Origin: Amoebophrya sp. A120
Lineage: Eukaryota; Protista; Dinoflagellata
Direction: 5' to 3'
Assembly: GCA_905178155.1 (NCBI GenBank)
Contig: CAJINV010000020.1
Coordinates: forward strand, 1,250,016 to 1,314,015
DNA: 64,000 nucleotides
Shown piece after piece: positions 25,201-36,700 of the stretch (position 1 is the first letter of the stretch; every line of letters starts with the position of its first letter). The notes under the pieces were generated by a model that was given only the letters and a program-made list of their open reading frames with translations, was not told where the DNA came from and ran no database searches. Position numbers and translations under genes: made by a program.

Positions 25201-26371
25201 CCAATGGTGGAGATGTTGTTCCGCGTCGAAAGTGTTCGATCCATTGGCAAAGCTCGGGTCGGTGCCGCAGGAGCGGGAGCTGTGGCCGCCACGGCTGATC
25301 CTGCAAACGTCACCTGCTGCTGCATTCCATCGCTCGTTGTGACTGCGGACGCAACGTCCACTGAGGCGCCGCGCTGCCGGTGGTCAAGAAGCTCGCTCGG
25401 AGCGCCGGCGGAAGAAGAAACTATAGCTGCAGGCAATCTCTCCCCAATACGCCGGCCTTCATCTTCCAGCAACCCTGTCTGTTCTTGGCTGCTTTGTTTT
25501 CTACTGCTCGCTTTATCGCCTCCAGTATTTGATGTTGACGCACCAGCAACCGCTGAAGCTGATACTGCGCTCGCTTTTCTTCCCGAGGAAGTACTTCCGT
25601 GTGTCAAAGAACTGCCAGCGGGCAACGTGGCCATGAACGCAGCGCGCAGTCGCTCTTGCGATCCTGCCCCGCATAGGTGATCTGCTGGCGTTCGATCGTG
25701 TTCCACGGGGACGTGACCGGTGCCCGCGAGGAGAATCAGCGGGGCGAACAGCTCAACGATGTGAATCCGGAACTCCGCGGTGTTGTAATACCGTTCCAAG
25801 ATGAGGCAGAGCGAAACACCGTACGCCAAATCCTCCTCTTCATCGGACATAAGGTGCAGGAGATCCGGGGGCGACAGGTATTCTCCTGCGGCACAGGCAG
25901 CACCGGCGTGAGAAGTAGTCGCTCCAACACTGCAGATCCACTTTTCGCAAATTGTGCTCCAGTACTCGGGCGTGGTACGGAAGAGCAACCAGGACAGGAA
26001 CTCGCTACGCTCCTTCTCCTCCTGGGATAGACGGTGCGGGGAGAGAGCTGCAGATCCGGGATGAGAGGGCGCAAACGCTCCTGCACTGGACGCCGCAGTT
26101 GCCCCCTGCGCCCCAACGTCATGCTCGAACAAAACGGCAGAAAACTGAGACGCGCCCATCCTGGTACTAGGGTAGATAATGTAGACAACCTATACCCGCC
26201 GGAACTGGATAGACCAGGCAGAAACTTTTGCATGCTGCTATTTCAGCAGCCACATACCGCCTCTTTCCTCACGTACTTCGCGACCTCTTCATTCAATTCT
26301 CTCAAAGAAAACGGAAAGTAGAAGCACATATCGTGCCCTATGAACACCAACCCTTCATCTAGATTGCAGCC
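19256..26371 (-). CDS. Very large hypothetical protein (>2200 aa, Ser/Gly/Ala-rich linkers); 5' end unresolved
   Basis: ORFs 19256-24553 and 24567-26159 are joined in frame by GT-AG intron 24368-24590. A further GT-AG intron 26190-26257 extends the frame upstream. No recognisable domain. Confidence 0.65.
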
Positions 26372-26559
26372 CTTGCAGCGTAGTTGTCTGCAGCGGCTGA
26401 GTGTCGCAATCTCTTACTTCGCCGACGACGATGCTTCTCCCCCAGTCCAAGTATGGCGTCAATGGTAAGCACACCATGATCGCGCGGGGGCCGGGCAAGA
26501 AGCCGCTAAACAGCAATCGCAACTCCACCCCGAAGGCCGGCCACCTGTAGCTAGACACA

Positions 26560-28600
26560 GCGCCAGGCCGCGGCGAAGTATGCGTGAGTTGCGCGCTGGC
26601 CCAGTGGGTAAAGCGCGCGGATGTGGGCGCGCTCGGCCGAGACGGAGGGCCACCAGCGCGGGGCTACTGGCATAGCGGGCCCCCGCTCTTATGGAGGCCG
26701 ATGTCGAAGGAAGCACGCTGTCAAGTTGCAAAGCAAAAAACTTGCGCGCCGGCCCCTGGCGGAGGCCGGCGCAACTAGTGCGCTTCTGACTGTTGGCGAG
26801 GCCGCGGCACGCCAGGGGGAAATCACGAACGCCATGGGCCGCCGAGCGAGGGCCGCCCGGCTGCGTCTTTTTTTGATGGCCGCCGGCTGGGGAGAGCGAA
26901 ACGACTCGGCCACCGTAGCCCATCCCCCAACCGGCAGGCCCGCCGGCCCAAGGCCCGCCCGGCCTTCTTTGACGCCCTGAATCGCGGCGGACTCTCCTCG
27001 TCACCGACGAAGGAAACAGGGCACAGACAAACTACCCGCCCGCGGCCAGTTCCTTCAGACTCATATCGGCCGCAACGAATTGCGGCGCCGCCGGCGGTAT
27101 TGGTCTCAACGTGTCAACGCGGGGGACTGCTGCACCGATAGCGGCCCCTCCACGCCACAAGCCCGGCTGGTAGGTGGCCGTGGAGGTTTGCAGCCTGCGC
27201 AGCTCCGGGATGTTATCCGAACAGCCGGCCCGCGGCTGCGCAGCCTCGTACTTCTTGGTGGCAATTTTCTTCCGCAAACGAGATCCAAAGACGAGACTGA
27301 GGCGCGCCCATCTTGGTCGAGCAATCTACTTATTTACTTAGCGCACTTGTAGGGCCTTCGCACTGAATGGACGAGGAGACAGAAGCTTGGGCTTCTCTCT
27401 GCACGCTGTTGCTGGAATAGCGGGTAAACTAACATCGACTCCTCCCTCCCGTAGGACACGCCCTGCCTCATGTGGTCACAACACAATAAACTCCGACTCC
27501 AAGTACCACATATCGCGGACATAAACAACAAACAACAACCCCTCTAGCTCTGCCGCCACGTTCGCATCTTAGCCTGCGGCTGGTGTGATATCGCTATCTC
27601 TCTGCACGTTCGTCTCCGGCGAACATCGCCGACTTGCCTCGGGCCTGTCGCTCTGGAGGCGAAGATTGGCACACCATCGATCACGTGAGGCGAACCATTT
27701 GGCAAGCGCAATTCCCCAAGGGCCGCCCATATGTAAATAAGTAGAAGATCGGGCCGCAGCGCCCTATGTGTGAGCCCCGCCGCGGTCCAGTGGGAAGGCG
27801 ATGGACGCGCGCGGCCGACGCGGATGGCCACCAGCGCACGTCATGCAGAGCAGACATGCCCGACACGGCTCTTCCTCCGCCCCGAAGAGAGCTTCTGACC
27901 CCCGCCTGGGCCTGCGCAACAGGTTTACTCCAGTGGGCGGAGGAACTGGTCGCGCGGGCCTGCGCGTGCGAATGAAAACCCAGGCCGCGGCAGGGCGCGG
28001 CCCTATACACACGGAGCCGAGACGCAGCGGGGCCGGCCGGCCCCGGGCCCGGCTGGCCGGGTGGCCGGCAGCTGGCACGCTGGGCGTGCAGCGCGCATGC
28101 CTTGCGAGACGGCCCGGCGCCTGTATGGCGATGCTGGGTCTGGGGGCGGGGCCCACACCCACACGGAGAAACGCTGGGCCTCCTCGCAAAGGAGGTCTTC
28201 CTTCCAGCGCGCCAGCGATCCTTCCGCGCCGCCTCCTGCCTGCAGTGCCTCGCGCGCGGCGGACGACCAGGCCACAGCTCGCAAGCTGGTCGCTATCTCC
28301 CGCAGCGCCTCCACTTTTCCAATCTCGTCCACGTCCAGGATCTTCATGGCTTCGGGCAGCGGAATAACGGTGGCGCGGCCGTCAATCTTCACGACAGGCG
28401 ACTGACTCTGGCCGATTACCTCCACTGTGCAATTTTCTAGGAGAAAATTCGGCACCGGAACGACATGCCTCTTCCCGTCTTCACGCAACCCTTTTTCGGG
28501 AGCGGAGCAATCCACTACCTCACCGACCTCGTACGCAACCTCACCCCTCAATCGCCTTCTGTCGCTCTACCTTCTCCTGAACGTACTCTCATTCGTCCTC
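26560..28600 (-). other. GC-rich region with broken protein-like frames; possible degenerate mobile element or pseudogene
   Basis: Abrupt rise in GC. Fragmented minus-strand frames (28003-28551, 27032-27277) interrupted by stops and frameshifts. No diagnostic motif recognised; boundaries approximate. Confidence 0.3.
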
Positions 28601-29046
28601 GGTGAGTACTATCGTACTCAAATGTAGATTATCTCACCTGGCTGTACCAAAAACAACCAGCAGGAAGCAAGTGGACCAAGACCAACCTGAAGATGACGAT
28701 ATACGATAATATTGCAACACTAACACAGACGACGACGTCAAAGTCTGCGTCCCAAAAACTGGCGCAGCAACAGCATTGAATGAAGATTACACGTAGATCA
28801 GATCTACCCGGCCGCATTGCGCAACACATTCTCCATTCATAAGTAAGGACTTCTTCCTTCTTCCAGTGAAGCTGAAAGAAACTGTTCTTTATGCTTCACG
28901 ATTTTCATTAATCTCTTTTTCGGTCTCGGTCGAACGCCCGGCGGCGCATTCATAATCTCATTTTCAGGTCGAGTTGTTCAGGGGTTTCTCTGTACATTCA
29001 TCCTGCGTGATCAGCAACACCAACGAACGAACCAGCAAGCGCCTTT

Positions 29047-29553
29047 CTACGACGATCCTTCTGCGGCAGTCGCGGTTGCCGTCGTAGGCTCCGCACTGTT
29101 ATTCCCCGTCGTCCCCTGCTCCCGCGTCGCGGTCTCCGGTCCCCCGAATATCCTGCCCGCGCGGGGGTTGCGCGCTTGCCAGATGCGCCCGGTGCCGCCC
29201 TCCACGTTGACCGCTTCTTGTCGACCGGGCTTAACCGGATTTTCCTGGACGTCGAAAGAGACCTCGTCCCCCACCTCCGCAATCCGTCCGTCCTTCAGAT
29301 TGAAGAAGGTGAACATCAGGTCCTTCCCGTCGTCCGTACGCAGGGAGCTGGAGTGCGGCTCGATGAAACCAAACTGTTTTTTGAACACCAACCCCCGCAC
29401 CACCCCAGTGTGAGCGCCGAAGTAACGTACTTGAAGATGCGAGGTGGAGGTGGTTTTGTGGCAGTAAGGAACAGAAGCTGGCTGTAGTCCTGCAGGAGGC
29501 ATTATGCAGCCCCTGCGACAGCTGCTGGTAAAACGACGGATGACAGGCTGCAT
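29047..29553 (-). CDS. Cold-shock domain protein with a probable mitochondrial targeting presequence (168 aa)
   Basis: TGVV..KKQFGFIEP..DGKDLMF..VGDEVSFDV..PGRQEAVNVEG. N-terminus is Arg/Ser-rich, lacks acidic residues and ends QVRYF. Confidence 0.85.
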   Translation of the reverse strand: MQPVIRRFTSSCRRGCIMPPAGLQPASVPYCHKTTSTSHLQVRYFGAHTGVVRGLVFKKQFGFIEPHSSSLRTDDGKDLMFTFFNLKDGRIAEVGDEVSFDVQENPVKPGRQEAVNVEGGTGRIWQARNPRAGRIFGGPETATREQGTTGNNSAEPTTATATAAEGSS

Positions 29554-30701
29554 CTTGTTAGGAAGCTACGACGAAAAAATATCGATGTCTTGAAAGAAAG
29601 CTGTAGTGACGAGCGGCTTCGTGCTGTTTGTATTTCAGAAGGCCTGATTAAGAACGACAACGATCATAAGATTAAGAGCAAAGAAAAGAGCGTGCCCGAA
29701 AAAGAAAAAAGAATCTTATCGGACAATAATAGCTTGAGAGCGTAAGAAACAAGCGAGACCAGCATAGACTCCCAAGTCGGGCTGGTGTGCAGCTGCGTCG
29801 GAAGGTCTTGCACGCGAACCCGAACACACTAAAAAATTATGAAGAGGGAGCCGCCAACATCTAAAAATCATGCTAAGCTGCACTATTGCGATCGACATGC
29901 GTGTGCAGATTCACGCAGGAACCCGATGCATCCGGCTTCCGGTGCTGGTTTTCTCCCGCTTTTTTTGTTTAGCTTTGTTTCTTTTTTGTATCTTGATCGT
30001 TGTCGCTTCTAGGTCTTTGTGCGATATAAGAAACGGAAACATCACAACGCACCGCCTGTGCGAATTTTCGTTTGAGATTGATTCTTCATCCTATCGAAAC
30101 AAAAAACAGCTTCCAAACTAGAACCCTGCAACTGCATCGCGTTTTTGATCATTAGATGTGAGGGCGATGATGCTGGGAATCAATAGTACAAGCTAAAAGT
30201 TGTAGTACTTCTAAACCACTTGATTTTCTGCTAGGTTTGAGGAAAAGAGGCGCGCATAGATATTCAGTCAAGATTTTTTTCACACACACACATATTGATA
30301 TTTGTGAATATCGTCCACAGATACGTTGTTTGGACGAATTCCCTGGTACCAACACCCGAAACACGAAACGGAAACCGCTACGTCATGGAGACACTGCATC
30401 CTCTCCATCCCAGGACAATCTGTAGCTAACGATCTATCAGCCTAAAGTAATCATAACAGCAAAAACTTAAACTTCATACTAGCAGTCTTCTCTGCCGCGT
30501 CTTTACTTTCGTTCGATGATGTTGAAATACAGTTTTTTCAAAGCCGAGGATCAAGCTCAAATTTACTATTGGACACTTAATACTGGTGTTTGTCTTTTCA
30601 AAAAAAAAATGCAACAACCACAGATAGCCACAACCATACAAAAGCAAATTTTCGCTGTCAACACGATGCGCGAGATGAGCAGCGGGAGGAGCACGAACAT
30701 C

Positions 30702-33700
30702 CTACGCCCCGATATCGAAGACCTCGTGACCCGAGCCGTGGACAAAGAGAACCCGATCGATTTTGTCCACCAGCGTTTCAGCGCAACGGATATAGCGCAC
30801 ACACTCGTTGGGGTCGGAGTGGTCCCAGAGGTCCGGTAAGTTCATAATCACCAGCTCCGCCCGTCGGGAACGTGCTTGGATGATCGAATTCAAACGGCGG
30901 AAGGCCCTGAGGATAAAATTTTTGTTGGGCGATAAATTGATTGATGTGAGATATCACCATGCAGCGCTATTTATCCTCAACTAGTAGTTTTATAGTCTAT
31001 AGACTAATCCGAACTTGACTCAAAGGCTGTAGACGAAAGTTCTGAGACCCTCAAACAGCATTAGAAATTGCGGCTCGACCTGCAGAAAACCTGAAGCAAA
31101 TCCCTAGGGCTTTTCAAACTAGTTCTTTTCCTATTTGCTAATACGCACGGCAGAGACTCAAAAGATGAAGGTCTAGCCGTAGGACACGACCAAAAACCAC
31201 GACAGACATGACGTCTGCCCACAAACTGAATCACCATGCTACTACGACAAAAGCTGAAGCGTTTCTGGGGCTCGAGCTCTAGAACTTTTCATGTATCTGC
31301 CCGCTTTTTTTCGTAAAGTGCATGCTACTGTGAAAATATTTGCGACAAATTCTACGGCTTAAGCTGTAGCGGTTCGGCACGATACACGACAAGGAAGCCC
31401 CTAGGCGCTACAAAAATACCCCGAGCCCTGGACGCAGTGGCGCCCCTGCCCCCTCGCTCAGAAGGGAACCGCTTGCCCCCTTCAATATAAAAGCGCCCCT
31501 CGTCGCCCCCCGCGCGGTGCGCCCTGCTCCTGGTGGAACCTCTTGCCCCTGCGTGCTGGCGCCTGCCCCTTAGCCCTGGCAGTATTTCTTACTTGCCCTT
31601 TGCCGCAAAGGGCAAGTAAGAAGTTTGCAGTTAGGTCGAACCTAACGCAAAGGCTTTGCGTTAGGTCTTGCCCCTCGCGGTGCATCTTGTCCCTCGCAGT
31701 ACATCTTGCCCCCCGCGAGACATCTTGCCCCTCGCCGTACATCTTGCCCCTCGCAGTACATCTTGCCCCTCGCAGTACATATTGCCCCTCGCAGTACATC
31801 TTGCCCCTCGCAGTGCATCTTGCCCCTCACAGTGCATCTTGCCCCTCGCAATGCATCTTGTCCCTGCGCATACGCCTCGCCCCTGGTAGGACTTCTTGCT
31901 CCTTGTAGTGTTAGCGCCCCCTTTCCATCGCAATGCGTTATATCTCGCCTCGGCAGGCACATGCACAGCTTGCGCCTGATAGAACTTCTTGCCCCTGGTA
32001 GGGCCTCTTGCTCCTGCTCCTGGTAGCACATATGGGGCCCGCCTTCTAATAACCCTAACGCCCTGCCGGCAAAGACCTAACCGCCCCGCCTTCGGAGAGC
32101 TAGCGAACAACCCCCACCGCACCCAGGTTGGGTCCCTGCTATGGGTGTGACTGCGACCCCGGCAGGCCCCGGGCCGCCCCTTGTTGCTCTCGCGGCGCAC
32201 CCGTTCCCGCCGGCCTGCGCCCCTTACGCCCCCGCTCCCCTAGCGCCCGCCCGGGAACGTCCAGGGGCCCTGTTTTTTCCCCCTGCGCCAGCCATTTTCT
32301 CCTTTGCACCAAAGCGGTGGAGGAAGCGTCCACACGCAATAAACAGACACGCTGGCGCAAGTAGCTGCCAAAATATGTCGCGGCCGTAAGTACGTATCGG
32401 GGGCATGTTGCCGCTATCTTGCGGCGACTAGGTCGAGGCCCGCTGCTCTCCGCCGCCCGCCCTCCCAGGGGACAGCGGCGGCGCACTCCTGCAGCCAGTC
32501 TTTTGGAAGAAGACGGCCGCCGCCCTCCCCCGCGTGGGTGGGGGCAGGGTGGGTCAGGCCACCGACCGGGGGGGCCACGGGGCCGGGCGAGGGGGCAAGC
32601 GCCGTGCTCTGGGGGAAGCTAGCGCTAGCGCGCCAGTCAGCGGCTGTGCCCCAAACGCCCGAGCCAAGCTAGCAGCGCGGGCGAGGCGGCCCCGGGTCAG
32701 GGTCTCGGCTAGGATGAAAAAAATGGCGGGGCGCAGCACTTTCGTAAATATATAAGCAAGCCGGGAGGTAGCGACCTGGCAGGCCGACTCTCCCCCCACC
32801 CCGGCCACCCATTGTGCCGCCCTCCGTCCCTGGTTTCGCTTGGTGGCGCGCCCCCTCGGCGCTAGTCAGCATGCAGCCGCGCGGGCGGGCAGCGCAAGAC
32901 TCGGGGCACGGTTGTTAGTTTCGAAAGCGCGCGGCCGCCGCCCCTGCGCTCCGTCCAGCCGTGTCACTTCGGCGCCATCCCGCCCAACATGCGCAAGGAA
33001 AACGGGTGGGCCTTACTCCCTCGCACGCTCGCCCCTAGCAGCGCCACTACGGCTACGCCCTTGGTAAGGCCTCTGCTCTTGTACCCCTCGCCCCCCGCGA
33101 TGCCGCTTCGACTACGTCGACTGCTACCCCAACAACCTGAACCAACGCCGACTGCTACGCCTACTTCTACTTCCACGCCTACTCCCACGCCTACCGCTAC
33201 GCCTGCCTCTACGCCTACTGCTGCGCCTACTTCTGCGCCTACTTCTACGCCTACTTCTACGGCTACTCCCACGCCTACTTCTACGCCTATTTCTACGCCT
33301 ACTTCTACGCCTATGAATGCGCCTAGTTCTTCCCCTACTCCTGCGCCTACTTCTACGCCTGCTGCCGCGTTTCTTGAGTTTTGCGCTTCCTTGTGCGCTT
33401 GCTTCTAACTACCTCCGTGGCCACGGCGATGCCTCTGGCAGGGTGCGTTCGCAAATGACCCGGCTCCCGGCACTCGGCGCAGCCGACTTGCCCCCCCGTC
33501 CGCCCGTTAGGCCACTGAGGCTTTTTGATGCCGCGTTGGGTCAGTAGCCCCGGCGGAAGCTAGGGCCCATGGAATGTAGTCACTTTGCGTTTTCTTTGGG
33601 TCGGTTGTTTGCTTCATCCTTTCAAGCAACCGACCGCATGTGGACCAGGGACGGAGCGCATGAAAGTCTCCCGGGCTCCGTCCTCGAGGACTTCCATGCA

Positions 33701-36700
33701 CTACATATCTACGGACGCTGCAAAATCTACAAGCCTTTGAGTCAGCTCGTCTATGTTTCTATGGTCCCTCAATTATGAAGAAGTTGCCGCGCCGTTGTGC
33801 CAACACGGCGGCGCGAGTGCAACATAGCAGTACTAATGGAACTTGAGTGAATTGCTCATGCGAGAGCGAGCAGACCAAACCAAGGATATTATTTAAAGAA
33901 GCAAAACCACAATTCGTTAGTACAGCAAGCTGTGCTGCTCTGGAATTTCCGGGAGCGAGCTGCTTTTCCCCTTACTCCCTTGCCTAGAATTGGAGCCGCC
34001 ACGCGTTTCGTTCTGCAGGGCGATTGTGACGGGATTGGACCGTCCTTGGAAGTGCCGGCCCCAGGACACCGAGCTCTGGTGTGTCGCGGAGGACGCCTGA
34101 TCTCGGAGGCCCTCCGATGGCAGGTGGAGGTCGATGTCATCCACGGATCTCATGTCTCCAGGCTTACTCGGGGCTGCACTGTTGCGCTGCGCGACGAGAA
34201 CTGATACGATACGATATAAGTAGTGTTTTTGAGCGGTCGAACCAAGATCGTGATCGTGATAATAGATTGATTGCAACAGAACTAGATGCCCTGTCGGAAG
34301 GGGAAGGGCTGCGCGACAAACTCTTGTCTTCTCCTTCTCTCAAAACACGGACCAGCACGGTGTCGCATCTCATAATGTACACTTTCACATACTGACCCTA
34401 ACGTCTGACAGGCAATTGTATACCTGCTCCCGTGCTGACGGCATGCGGCACTTGGCGATCCCCGCCAGTTTTTCCCTCGTCCAGGAGGACCGCGTCTGCG
34501 TCGTAGCTGCGGCTGCTAGATCCCTGTTTCGCGACCGCGATCTGCGCCAGCGCACCGTCCGCCGAGGCAGAGGACGAGGAGGACAGCCTCCCCGGGGGAA
34601 TGCCGCCGTTCTTTGCACCGCCATTTCCATTTGGCGCGTTGATCTGGTCTACCCGCACCACTTTGGTGGTGGCTTGCTGCTTGGCCCCGGCCCCGTTCTG
34701 GTGCGCCCGCTGCTCGGTGTTCCGCGCCGGCGGGGCGGCGGTCTGGCACTGCAGTTCCCGTATAACGATCTGCTCCTCGTCCTCGTCACACGTACCAACC
34801 TTGCGGTCCCGAAGAATGTGGCCTCCCGGGGTCGTCGCTTCGATCACCTCGTCGTCGCGGCCCACGGTCAGCACGGAAAAGCTCTTTTTACGCATCGCGC
34901 GCCCGCTTACATCGCGCGTGCCGGCCGTCGCAGACGAGGAACTGAACCGAGGGTCACCATCCCTAGTAACCACGATATCCGGGCAGGAGTTCTGATGAAA
35001 ATTTTTGATTGGCGGTTTTTCAACATCGTTGGATTTTTTTCTCCAAAAGAACAAACACAGGAAAGGCTTTCAAATCATTCTGAACTTTGGTTTATGACAA
35101 CACTTTCGTATCCATGACGGTGCAACACGTCGTATTAAACACAGCCAGTGCCAGTGCTACGTCGTGATCATAAAAAGTACCGTTGCGTGCGGCGAGTCCC
35201 CCCCTGCAACCCCTATCGCTGAGTCAGCGGCTCCGGACACTCTTGCGGCTGCGAGATTGAGGTTGTTGCTGCCTCGGGCTGCGATGTTGATCTGTTCGCT
35301 CTCCCGCGCCATCGCGACCGACTTTTTGTGCTTCTTTTGCGGAAGCAAGTCTTCAATCGTTTGCGGGAGTCCGCGGTGGGGTCGGTGCGCCTTCTCGCCG
35401 CTGTTCAGGGACATTTTTTCCAGTTCCTCCAAGAACGCGGCCCGTTCCGCGTCCGCCCGCGCGTCCGCCTCGTTCAACAAGCCATTTCCACTCATGCCAT
35501 TCGCCACGAGCGCCCCGGGGGTCGCGCCGGAATAGGGCCCGTTCGCCAACACGCCGTTGCTCCCCCCCGACAGCCGCTCTCGATGCGCCGCCTGTCGCTC
35601 CACGTCCGCAATGCTATCGTAGAAGAGATCCAGGGTGGAGTGCTCGTTTTGGTGGTCGGCGTGGTGCGAAAAGGGTTCGACGAACGCGTGTTCCGCCATA
35701 ATCACCTCCACGTCCACGTTTAGTAGGCGCTTTTTCTGCAGTGTCTGGGTCAAAACCCGGGCGGCGATGGACGCTTCCTCCTCCGTGATGTTTTCCATCA
35801 CGGTGAAAACCCGCATCTTGCAGTCCCGCCAGATCTTGTGTTGCTGCAAAAGCCAGGTCACCAGAATCATCAGTCCGCCGTCGTGGATCATCCACCAGAC
35901 GTCGATTGTGCCGTGGCACGGCTGCAGGGGAAAATCCTTCGGGTCTTTCGCAATCAAAATCGTCTTGTCTTCCGCGTGCGCCGCGGTGACAATGTCGCAG
36001 AACGCCACGGCCTTTTCGCGCTTGATCGCCAGGGGCTGGGAGGCCCAGTTGGAGGGCCAGGCCATCAACACCGTGTTAGGGACTAAGCCGCCCAAACCCG
36101 TCAGCTGCAAAATGTAATTCGCGCCCTCCGCCCAGGTAGGAGCGACGACGACCTGCGCGAACCCGAGGATGTCGTTCTGCTTCATGATGGAAATGATGAT
36201 GTCCTTTTCAATCCGGGCCTTCTTCAGCATCTTCTCACTGTTCCGGTTCCCTTCCAGAACCGCCGCGACGACGCACATCCCTCGGCCTTTCCGTAGCTGG
36301 CTGTAAAACTGAAGAATCTCGTGGTGTCTGGTCCGTTTTGCGGAGATGCCCGCGGCGGCGGATAGGTCCGCCATGTGCACGCGGTACAGGATCAGCACCT
36401 GGGGGCGCCAGTTTACCTTGTGTCTCTGCGTTTCTTCCAGGGAAAGGAGGGAGTTCAACGCGAGATGGAATTTGATCCCGTCCAATCCGCTGCCCCACTC
36501 GCTACTCTCGGCGCGAAAGTCCACGTAGACGTAGAGACCGACGGCGAGAAAGCAGGTGACGAGTGCATATGCCCACTGGACGATAAACATGTATCCAGTG
36601 CAAAAGTATCGCACTCGTATTGCAATCATGCATTACAAATTATCTTTTTCTTAAGGTAAATAAGAATGTACAAATTTCATATTCATTTCTCATACTGAGG

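Larger units (their letters stand above)
30907..33923 (-). other. 3017-bp GT-AG intron of the SLC12 gene carrying a GC-rich, repeat-rich insert (~31400-33560)
   Basis: Donor CT|GTACTA and acceptor CCTCAG|G join SLL|[10 protein letters not shown] in frame. It is more than 10 times longer than most introns in the window. Confidence 0.7.

Noticed and set aside
31482-32200. Cys-rich repetitive ORFs
   Set aside because: Translations of the 19-bp minisatellite in several frames, inside an intron.
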